64,000 nucleotides of DNA from Phoronis australis (Eukaryota; Animalia; Phoronida). The first letter of the stretch is position 1. Each line of letters begins with the position of its first letter. The DNA is taken from the NCBI GenBank assembly GCA_002633005.1, contig NMRA01000349.1, positions 124,001 through 188,000 of the forward strand, in the 5' to 3' direction. The notes under the pieces were generated by a model. It saw nothing but the letters and a program-made list of their open reading frames with translations, did no database searches and was not told the origin of the DNA. Shown here piece after piece: positions 11,101-23,100 of the stretch. A program made the position numbers and the translations under genes.

Positions 11101-14100
11101 AAAAGATGGAGGTAAAGCCCGTTCAGATGATTCACCTGATAAACTTCAAAAACTGCTTCAATTTCTTCAAAAGAGACGTGACATCATCAGCGATTTTTTC
11201 TCCAAGAATTTTGAATCGGCGTCTGTGCACAACTTTGAGTTAAAGGAGGATGAAATCGTTTGCTTTGCTCGAGCTACCACAATGCACGGCTTGGAACTTC
11301 TTTCTGAGGCGACAAATGATGACTTGTCATCCCAATTGACAACAGTCCTATCATGCCATGGACTCGACGGTGCCATGGGCTCCCAGAGTTATAGGGAGTC
11401 CAACATCGTGAACGTGGAACTGACTAGAAAGATGTACAGAAAGGGAGTGGAATACTTTGAAGATCAGTCAAAACGGTAAGACTACAGGTGCACTTGGAAC
11501 ATTTTTTACATTTTAGTGTGATGTGTTCTTGAGAATTTTTGAGCAACTAATCACTTATTGATAACGAAGGTAAGTACGCTATGCTTCTATTTAAATGTAC
11601 TAATTTCTGAACGGGTGGCCATACAGTGAATGCCTGGTGGACCAGTTGTCTCCCTCCCCTTCAGAATCTGCGTGCGAAAACGGGCCCTTTGCTGGAAAAA
11701 TTACTCGGCTGTTAATACTTGAGGAAATAACATTTACAGGATTTACTTTGACAGGAACTTGCACTAAGGCCTTATTAGAATGTGGTCGGCTTGCTGGTTT
11801 TGCTAGATTTTTTCCAATGGGTCAATGATTGACTTATGTTTTCCAATTGACGAGTTAATTTTGGGGCGAGTCCGATTACTGTGGTGTACTTGCACTTTAT
11901 GTTTTCTTTGCCTATTCCTTGATGGATGTTTAAGACTACTGAAAATGTCTTTCTCAAATATTTTTAGGTCTTGTCATCTCGCCATTAGTGGCCATATCTC
12001 CGGACCTAATGAATATATGTCTGAAAACATCTGTGTTCTAACTGGGACTCGAACTCGGTACCTTTTGCTAACCTTGCAGACGCTCTGGTCCACTGAGCCA
12101 TTGGGAACACCGGTTGATCATACCTAGTAATGGGCATCTGGCCCTTGACCTCCTCAGTCCATATAAATTTTTAAAACTTAAACTGGGGTGGCAATGTATA
12201 TGCAAACATTTGTATGTCTGATCAGATATCTTTTCAGACTAATATTCATTAGGTCATGTGGTGTGGCCGCTGACCAGACTTAGAAATATTTTTGGCCACC
12301 ACCTCTCTATCGGCCACTCTAAGGTTCATTATGAAAACTGGCGTAAGACTTCTTACTGGGACGTGCATAGTTGAACATGATTTTCGCACGCTCTCATTGC
12401 TATTTTTGCCCGCCTGTGCCTCAATACCTAGCAAATTCCTGGCTGAAAACTTCTTCATTAAGTGGTATTACAAGTTTTTTTGTTAAAGGCTCGACATCTC
12501 ACGGGACCCTGTCTTCCACTGACTGGAATAAAATTTCCTCTATCTTGTTTCATTTCTGAAGGTCAGCATCCGGGTTTGGTAATTTTATCAATGTTATTGT
12601 ATCTGAAAGTCTAAATATAGTTATATAAATTAGTGTCAGTTGCTGAAAAGCAGTACAAACGTCGCTGTTTGTTGCCAGGCTGTCGTCTGCCGAACCACCG
12701 AGTAAGGACCATACAGGTGAGCCAGGCCCCCGTACTCAACATGGTGCTGGCTTGAACGTGCTTCTCGGTGCCACAGCTGCCGATCCTCTGACATCACAGC
12801 GATCTGTCAGCACTCCTTTGATGAGCTCTCACAATCAGGTAGCGTTTCAGAATCGAGAATGCTAATTTTTGCATGTGTTGACAAATTTAAGATCTTCGGA
12901 TAATATTTCTTGAAAAAGGAATTTATTAAAAATGTAGTGTTCCCGAAACCAGAAACTGACAATCTGACACCACGATTTTTCGTGGAAGTCCTTTTCACCT
13001 GCTTCCTAAGTTGTTTGTCGGTTTTTGCCTGTCAATTGTTGTGTTTAAAAACACAAGAGTCCTCACCACTTAGAAGTCGTAAGAGACAACAACTGCTCTG
13101 CCGCCGACGTATAAATAGATTTTTGCCTCACTCTGTCTGTGAAATTCGGAAAGTTCATCGTCGTTAAGAAGACAATAAATGATTTCGAACAGATAAAATT
13201 GATGCTGTAACGTATTGGCAGTTTTATTTTTTACGGCTCGTATATTGTCCCTAGTTGGCAGAATTTGTTCCTAGCAGGAAGTGGACGTCACTGGCGATTC
13301 CGACTACCTCTGTTTCCCGTGTGACTATTTATCTCCCAACGAATGTAAAGGGACTAGACTTCCATGTGTCCGTGCAGAGAATACAGTACTCATCCATGCA
13401 CAAATGCTCTATTTCCCGAGAATTCGATCAAACTTTCAAACAGTTTGCTTACGAAGTGCCGCATCGCGTATGGTCGGTATTTTGCTTTTCTATAATATTT
13501 CGATTTGTTCTTGATTTCGTCCACAGTTTTAAAAAAGTAAGATTGTGACGTGCCGTAGCTCTTGGACTTTCATAAAAGTGTACTGACGAAGTGCTGAAAC
13601 TGACATCGTTTGCACTTTACGATTTGACGGCGCTTTAATGAATTTTGGCACGTTGGTGATTTTCACGCATCCACGAACATAGGAAAATAGTTTTTTGTGG
13701 TCTGTGTTCTTCTTATCCTACGCTTAACACGAGATTTCGACCAAATTGTCAAAAACTATACTTACGAAGTGCTATATTTTATATTGCTGACCTGTTTTCT
13801 GGATTTTGGTCCGTGTTGTGTTTCCATTCATGAATGTACGGAAATGCAGATTGGTGCTCAACTTCCACATTTCATAGAAGATTTCGATCAGACTTTCAAA
13901 AAAGTGCACCCATGAAGTGGTGTGACACCGACCGTAGGCATTTTGCATTTTTTACGCTCTTCGGTGCGCAGTCCCTTACAGGACCTCTAGCGAGGGATAC
14001 TACTGTTTTGTGATTTACGATTTTATTATGCGCCCACATATTTATATGTGGACGCATTATGCTGTCATGTCCGTCCGTCCGTCCTTCCGTCGTCGTCCGT

Positions 14101-17100
14101 CCATCCGGCGTCCGCTGCTCTATCTCCAAAATCCTTTGACGTAGGTTCATGAAATTTTGAACTTATCTTCCATTCATGGATGGGACAGCATGAGCGAATT
14201 TTTAGACGGATCCGACTACCGGTGTGCCCCCTAGTGGCAATTTTAGTTTTTACGCTTACCTCTATATCTTCAAAGGTCCTCAACGTATTTTCATAAAAAT
14301 TGGCTTATAGGCATCTATTAGTGAGATGACGCTATCCTCCCGTTTTCAGATGAATTCGACGTAGTTTGCGCCACCTAGTGGCCGTTTGTGCTGTTTTCGA
14401 GTCTGTTTTTGGCGTCCACCCCTCGATCACCTGAACCATTCTGAGGATGGTTTTGAAAATTGGCGTATATGTTCTCAGTGAGAAGAGAACGGTCGATGAT
14501 AACGAATTGTACTACTGTGACGCCTCCTAGTGGTATTTTTGCACTCATGGCTGCATCTTTTAAACACACTGCAGGATCTTTATTAAATTTAGTAATTGTA
14601 TTTATATGAAGCTAGCAACAGACGACGACGTCTTTCAGGCGGATCAAATGAACGCTGTGCCCCATAGAGGCAATATCATTTTTTCCGTTTTCCTTGGTTT
14701 TCTCTGAAGTTCCTTGACAGGTTTTTATGGAATTTGGTAAATAGCTTTCTATTAAAGAAGCTATGACATGTTCCGGTTTTGAGATGGGTTGGACGTGTTG
14801 CGCCATCTAGTGGCTATTTGTATGAAACAAATAAACAATCCTAGAAGCACACAGGTCGCGGTGCATTCGTGGGCGCATTTCAACGCTCCCCCTTGCTCTT
14901 GTTTTACCTCAGTATCTACAGGTATCCATGTATGCAGTTGCTGTTTGGCTATACGCGGTTGGTGCATATTGTTAGTATTGTAGCAAATATCTAGTGTAAA
15001 ACGATGAGGATATTAGCTATTGTTGCATTATATAGAAAGAGGACCCCTTTTCTTTGTTTTTTTTCCTGAAAACTCTTTGATTCTCGAAACTGGTTGCTAA
15101 CTTTAAATCACCTTGTACTATGGATAGAAACGGTTTAAAGGCGAATGCCACCCGATTTAATTAGTCTTTTTTGCCGTCTTAATCGGTCTATTTCCACATC
15201 GCCTCGCGTACGGTCGACCTTACCTTGCCAAGAGGTGTCGCGTTAACCTGTGAGGAAGGTGAGAAACGACGTTAGCGACGTCAGTGGTTAATATGCAGAG
15301 TGAATGCCGCTATGTTGCGGTGTATCGTTCCCGCTTGTCCGAACTAAGCAGCCGCGAGGAAAGCGAGTATATCGGGTTTTTTTTACTTCCTCGAGAGTCC
15401 GAAATGCTTAGGAAGTGGCCCATGGTAGTGAAGAATGAAATGTACGCTGTAAATAGCAAGTATGAGGCCTCTCTAGCATTTCTTCATCACTGTATTCCTG
15501 TTCGAATTGATAGCCTGTAAAACTTAACGATCCACCTGCGAAGTCGGGACTGATGAGCTCTAGCTCGTCCTAAGTCGGGATTGCGAGTTGCCATGTTGGC
15601 GTTTATTACTGAGCGTTCTGTTTTAAAATGAATTATTCTCACCCTAACCAATACTTATATAAAACTAAAACAAAGTATGTCTCATTAGATGCAATTTGTA
15701 AGGCCTTTGGAGTGTTCGTGAGTGCAAATGATTTGAGAAGCCAGCAATGAATAAATCACTGCGTTACCGGCTTTAGGTGCAATAAAACTAATTGACGGGA
15801 CACCGAGGCCGTGTGAGCTCATGCTAATTTAGTGTTTGTTGGCAGAAACTGTTGTGAAACAACTCGATTTCTATCCCACGACTAGGTGTTAGGGGAATCT
15901 GTATTTACATTCACATTACTCAAATAATGATTGTCAATGTACAACTTCTGCCCTGACGGTGCTGTGGCCCAAAGCGGAACTCAGTGAATTCGCGGCCCCC
16001 GACGAGTAAGTAGATTTGCAGTTTCGTGGCTAATTTACTTTGGCTCACTAGTATTGTGTTTTCTTCACTGGAAGTTTAGTTTCCACTGAACTTTGGCTGG
16101 TTTGTTCGTGATGTCTGATCAGTTTCCGAGCCACTGGCCGGGATAACGAGTCAATCCGGCCAGCCGCGACGCCGTCTGATGGGGCTCCGAGCCACTGGCC
16201 AGGATACCAAGCGTTTTGTTTTTAGATTTCAGAAAATCACAAGTCTAAACAACACAGATCTAGGTTCTCCTGTCTGTATCTCACGGAAAATACTTCGAAA
16301 TTATCTCCGAACACACCCCAAACTCCTGCTACGGACCTTATTGGCCTGCCGAATTTGTAGGCTACGGTGTGTCCAAATACCAATAAATCCGTAAGAGCGA
16401 AATAAAACAACACGTTTCTGTAAGAACCCGGTGTATTTTTAAGGGTTTTACATCGAAGTTTGATGATTTATTGGTGTAAAAGATGACTCCAAGCGATAAG
16501 CTGACACCAGTAATCCGTGTTGTGAACTGTTGAACAGAATGCGTGTGAAACCGATGACGTAATTGGATAATTTCAACACCTCCGTCTGCCGTCAGGTGTC
16601 AGGTAACGCAACCGCACGTGTAGTTATGGAGTAGAACTACTCGATCTAAATTGATACAAATTAGGTTGTTTTTTGGGTGGCATGCTCCTTTAAGGTGCTT
16701 TTGTTGATAAAGTCGGATTATTATGGGTGCGCTCTATCTTAAACGACTTTTGAGCTCGAAATCTTATCTGGGAGTACCTGTATAGACACTTCGATTAGCT
16801 GTATACCAAAACGGTTTGTGGCAATCAGAATGTGTAGACATTTTAGCTCCCAGGTAGACCAGTGCACTTATCACTGGATGTAGCTGTGAACAATCTGCTG
16901 TAGCTCGTTGTTGTGAATTTAGAAATCAATGGTAACAATATAGATTTTCTGATGTCGAAATTGCCATTTAACATGTATTTGGGTATGTTTATCGTGAACC
17001 CCAGTTTTGATTGCATAACGTTGACTTTGAATTACGCTTTTAATCTAGAAAAGTTTCCAGGAATTCTGATTTTAATGTTATTATTTACAAATTAGTGTCT

Positions 17101-20100
17101 TAATCCAGTTCTTATTTGTTAGGCCCACAGGTAATGCCGGTTTTTGATTAATTCGTTACAACATTCATTTCTACAGTTTGTCAATTGAAAACCAACCGCG
17201 CTTTGCTCTTCCAGAATTCTACTGCTAATTCCGCTACAGATACTAGAGTTGAAGTTCATGGTCCACCATCTGAACAAGTAGGTCACCACTTAATCTTCAT
17301 TGACCCCATTAACAGATGATAATATGTTAGAAGCAGGTAACTACACTGAAAACAAAACATAATGAAACAAAATGATATGGACGAAATTTCTGGTATAATT
17401 GTCTTCAAATCTTGCTTATTACTTCTAGCAGGTGCTCATACAATGCGTGGGCTTGTTACTCAGTATTCCTACCACCCTATCGATAAAGGATTTCTTTTCG
17501 AAATGACATTGTTTGTCAGTCGATAAAGGAGCTTTTTTCATTTATTTTACTCTTCAAAAAGTGACTTTTTTGTATCTTATGCTCAGCGCAGATTTAGTGA
17601 CCCTCAATTGAAACTTAGGAGGTTGCCAAGCAGAATTTTTCACTGTAGTAATGGTTTGTGTGATAACTAGTCAGAGCCTGTTTGCCTTAGAGTAGTAAGT
17701 TGATTTCGGATTGTCACGCGTCACGGATTTATTTTTAAACAATGCACTCAACGTCATGCAGTCATCAAACTTATCCAGAGGATTAATTTTGAATTTATGT
17801 AACCCAGGCCTTGTCCTAAGCTGCAGTGGGCACATGCGTAAGTTATCCGGTCTCCCCGATACGTGCAGATTTACCAGTATCGGCAATGTGTTAGATGCAC
17901 GTGGTTTTGATTCCCGGTGCCGCTTCCACCAACACAAAATGAAAAAAATGTGTTTAAATGGGTGTGGAATAATCTGTATAATGTCCACTTATCTTTTCAG
18001 TCTAGTTCGAATGTGGAAACAATTGTGCCAACCTGTGAAACGCTGATAGGCGCTACAGAACCCCCTCCAAACCAGGTGATAGGTTTGTTCTGTATTGAAT
18101 TGAGTGACGCTAAAAATACATTGTTGAATAACCTGGGTGTTGAAACTACTTTTGTTTTAAGGCTACAAACACATGTGCGTATATACATCAATGTGCGTGT
18201 AAATCATTCCATTCACAATAACAGCTAAGCAGACTCGACTCGAAAGTTGGCTAATTGCGTGCCACCTTTCTGATAAACTTTCAAATTTCACGAAATGCCA
18301 CTGCTTAACATTCGAGTCCTGAGCGCTCGATGTCCTGTGAAAAATATTTAAAAGGTCACTCGAAATTCTCCTCAGACACAGAAATTCCCCTCTAATATTT
18401 GAAAAATTCCTCCCATGTTCATTTATGCAAAAGTTATTGGAGGTGTTGTGAGTGATAGGGTTCCTACCCAGAAGACGCAGTCTCCTTTCCCCTGAGGTGA
18501 TCAGATCTACACGCAAGTTTTGTGACGGTCTTTACCAAATTTTGTTTGACATCTGAGGTGAAATTACATCCACTGTGTACCTCAAGATGCTGTAAAGGGA
18601 CCCCCGCCCCCTCCCATCCGTCTATGACTTTCGAGCACCAATATTTTTCAGAACATTGCAATGGAGTCTAAAGTAGAAACGACGGTGCAAGTTCAAGAAC
18701 CAACATCTGAATCAGCGAAAGATGAACAGGTATGTCTTGCCTAGTTTTTTTTCCTTGTGGTAGTAGTTATGTTTATGTATAAAAGTGACAAATACATTGT
18801 TCATTAATATCAACAACTTATTCATTACATAACAATTTGTACCCAGCCCAATTCAGGCTTTCTTGCCTCTTCAAATTGTAACACAATGATAATTAATTTA
18901 TTAATTAATTTATTAGAGTGCCTAAGGGAGCCTGTACTGAGTATCGGAGCCTGTCGTGAGTCATAAGTACTCTGTGTGAGTAAACTTTGATGATAATAAG
19001 GTTGCGTAGTAGAAATTTTTGTTATAAAACAATTTTCCTTGTCTCAGAAAGGTTTCACTTAAGGGTATTCAATAGTTTGTTAAGGAGTCGTTGTTTTAGC
19101 CCCGTTCATGTGAGTGACAAATACGGCACGACTGTTTCTGAATCCATAGCTCTTAAAGGAGCATGTCACCCAAAAAACAACCTAATTTGTATCAATTTAG
19201 ATCGAGTAGTTCTACTCCATAAGGGCACGTACGGTTGCGTTACCTGACACCTGACGGCAGACGGAGGTGTTGAAATTATCCAATGACGTAATTGGTTTCA
19301 CACGCAGTCTGTTCTGCAGTTCACAACACGGGTTACTGGTGTCAGCTTATTGCTTGAATTCATCGTTTAACACCAATAAATCATTAAACTTCGATGTAAA
19401 ACCTTTAAAAATACACCGAGTTCTTATTAAAAACGTGTTGTTTTATTTCGCTGTTTCGGATTTATTGGTGTTTGGTCACACCGTAGCCTACAAAGTTCGG
19501 CAGGCTAATAAGGTCCTTAGCAGGAGTTTTGGTCTGTTCGGAGATGAATTCTAAGTGTTTTTTTTTTTTAGTTCTAAACACACAATACGATTGTTATCCT
19601 CAGGCTGGCCAGTGGCTCGGAGCTGACTCGTTATCCCGACCAGTGGCTCGGAAGCCGATCAGACATCACGAACATAACCCATCCATAGTTGGAAACTAAA
19701 CTTTCAGTCAAGAAATATTAGTGAGCCAAAGAAGTAAAGTCACGTGATATGTTGCTGAATTAGCCACGAAACTGCAAATGTACTTACTCGTCGGGGGGCC
19801 GCGAAGTCATGTTGCTTTGGCCACAGAACCGTCACGGCTTAAGTTTTACATTGACAATCATTATTCGAATATTGTAAATGTAAATAAAGATTCCCCTAAC
19901 ACCTGGCCGTGGGATAGAAATCGAGTTGTTTCACGACAATTTCTGTCAGCAAACACTGAATTAGCATGAGCTCACACGGCCTCGGTGTTCCGTCAATTAG
20001 TTTTATTACACACAAAGCCGTTAACGCAGTGATTTATTCATTGCTGGCTTCTCAAATCATTTGCACTCACGAACACTCCAAAGGCATTCCAAATTGCATC

Positions 20101-23100
20101 TAATGTGATACACTTTGTTTCAGTTTTATATAAGTATTGGTATAAGGGTGAGAATAATTCGTTTTGAAACAGAACGCTCAGTAATAAACGTCAACACGGC
20201 AACTCGCAATCCTGACTTAGACGAGAGCTCTTCCCAATGAAGACTTTGCAGGTGGATCGTTAAGTTTCACAGACTGTCAGTTCGAACAGGAATACAGTGA
20301 TGAAGAAATACTAGAGAGGCGCCGTGAACAAGCTCAGACAACGGAACGTATGGATAGTTATTTGCTAAGCCGGCATTCGTCAGGCAATGTCCCGCGACGA
20401 CTGCAGGCCACAGACACGGAGATGTTTCACGGCCTCATACTTGCTATTTACAGCGTACTTTTAATTCTTCACTACCGCGAGCCACTTCCTAAGCATTTCG
20501 GACTCTCTAGGAAGTCGAAAAAACGACATACCCGCTTTCCTCGCAGCTGCATAGTTCGGACAAGCGGGAACGATGCACCGCAATATTGCGGCATTCACTT
20601 TGCAGACGAACCACTGACGTCGCTGCGTCGTTTCTCACTTTCCTCACGGGTTAACGCGACACCTCTCGGCAAGGTGAGGTCGACCGTATGCAAGGCGATG
20701 TGAATATAGACCGATTAAGACGGCAAAAAAGACTAATTAAATCGGGTGGCATTCTCATTTAAAAACGTTGGACACAGGGGTGTCAACCTGCCATTGTAGG
20801 TAAGGCTTACATCTAACAAGAGTGATCTCGGTACAAATTAATATGTAAACTAAAATGATTTTAGCAAACTTTTTCCATAATAAGTAACTTAGAATTTCAG
20901 CAATACATGCTGAACCAAGATCATTACTGAGCTGTCATGCCCTTGGGTTTGGCTCATTCATATCCACTGTACATAAGTGTAGTACGGCAGCCATCTCTGA
21001 CCCAGCAATGCAGACCATAAATATCTCTATTAACATTTTTGTGGCGAGATGATTACCCACGGTGTGGCTAAATGTACTCGCTTGCCGTACCTTCATAGCA
21101 CTCATTAGTAAATTAAATGTCAAGGTCGCTTTTGGTCAAGCGCTGTTACGTTCACTTTTACTTTTGAACCACAAGTTTAAGTAAACATAAACAATCTTAG
21201 GTTCTTTTGTGTATGAAATGACCAGGAGTCGTTGAATACTCTAACAGGATAAAAATACAGCTATGAATTTTCTCTAAAGTTAGGAATCTCGTACTCAAGG
21301 AATTTTATAAGGAACCTATCATTGTCTTTCGTTCAGGATACCAGTTGTTTCATTCTCATGCTGAACGTATAAGTGTGACAGAGTTGTTCTGAAACACATG
21401 TTGCAAATTGGCCATTTTTGCCTATTTGGTCGTAGGTCAGAAATACAATGCACAGGTTAAAGGAGAATGCCACCCGATTTAAATAGTTTTTTGCCGTCTT
21501 AATCGACCTATGTCCTCATCACCTCGTATACGGTCTTACCTCGCCGAGAGGTGTCGCGTTAACCTATGAGGAAGGTGAGAAAATACGCAGCGACGTCAGT
21601 GGTTCTTCGGCAGAGTGACTGCCGCTGTGGTGTGGTGTGTCGTTCCCGCTTGTGCGAACTATGAAGCTGCGAGGAAAGAGCGTATATGGTTTTTTTCGAT
21701 TTCCTCGAAAACCCATAATGCTTTGGAAATGGCTCGCGGTAGTGAAGAACGAAAAGTACTCCGTTGGTATCAAGTATGAGGCCGTGAAACTTCTCCGTGT
21801 CTGTCAGTGGCCTGCATTTCGCCGGATCGGTTGTTGATCAGTTTTTGATTATAAAGTATTGTAGTACGCCATGAAAACATAAACACTGCTTACAATTATT
21901 TCAAGGCGTGAGAACTTAACGTTTTATATAACCTGTTTGATGACTGACTCGTTCGCGAGGGGTCTGTTTGGTCCTCTGGGTGTAGGATGTTTTCGCCAGG
22001 TCTTTTTCTCAGCCCTAAAAAAACGTCGCAAGCACACCTTTTTATATGCGGTGCAAAATCAGGATGATCCGTGAGACACATCTGCGCTTCTCCAAGAATT
22101 CGTTTCACTTGCGGAATTTCGTGTTAGCAAACGCAAGCGTCAGTCGTTTCAAATATCGTGCAGTTAGCTCACTGACACCACTGACGAGTCATTCAAACGG
22201 TTTTTCGTACTATTTATATATTCCGTTGTCTGTGCACATTCACGGACTCTCTCTATTATTTCTTGATCAGTGTATTCCTGTGAAACCTAACGATCGACCT
22301 GTGAAGTCTTCGTCGGATGAGCACTCGTCGATCTAAGTCGGAATTGCAAGTTGACGTTTATATTGTGCGTTCTGTTTCAAAATGAATTATTCTCACCCTA
22401 ACCAATGCTTATATAAAACTAAGTCTGTCTCAGTAGATACAATTTCTAATGCAAATGTTTTTAGAAGCCAGCAATGAATAAACCACTGCGCTACCGGCTT
22501 TAGATGCAACTAATTGACCTGACACAGAGGCCGTGTGAGCGCATACTAATTCAGTATTTGCTTACAGAAAGCTGTTGTGAAACTATAACTCGATTTTATA
22601 CCCTATGGTCAGATGTTAGGGGAATCTTTATTTTCATATACATATATGCATTGAACGACTTTTGCCCTGTGGAAGGGTAACCCGACGAGCTAGTACTGAA
22701 GTAGATTTGCAGTTTCGCGGTTATTTCACCAAAATAATCAGCGTGCATATTTTTTCTTTGGCTCACTAGTATAGTCATTTCGTGACTGGGAGTTTTGTTT
22801 CCAACTGTGGCTGGTTTTTGTTCGTGATGTCTAGTCTGTCCGTCCGCGATGGGCCTGATCAGGTTCCGAGCCCCTGGCCGGGATTGCAAACGCTTTACAA
22901 AGTGTGTTTAGAACTGAAAAATCGCAAGTCTAGAATTACAACACGCAGCTATATACTCCTGTCTGTAGTTCACGGACGAATAATTTGAATTAATCACCGA
23001 ACAGACCCCCAAACACTCGCGACCGACCTTGGTAAATTGGCTTACCGAACTTTGTAGGCTACGATAGGTTCAAATACCTAAAAAATACGGGCGTACAGCG

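Noticed and set aside
12249-12630. Short ORFs with a CYFC motif
   Set aside because: Most likely a decayed LINE ORF2 3' zinc-knuckle remnant; too degraded to call and not part of the host exon chain.
13390-14903. CRISPR-like repeat-spacer array
   Set aside because: Whole units of about 145 bp are homologous and degenerate, with no identical repeats, unique spacers or cas genes; eukaryotic TE context.
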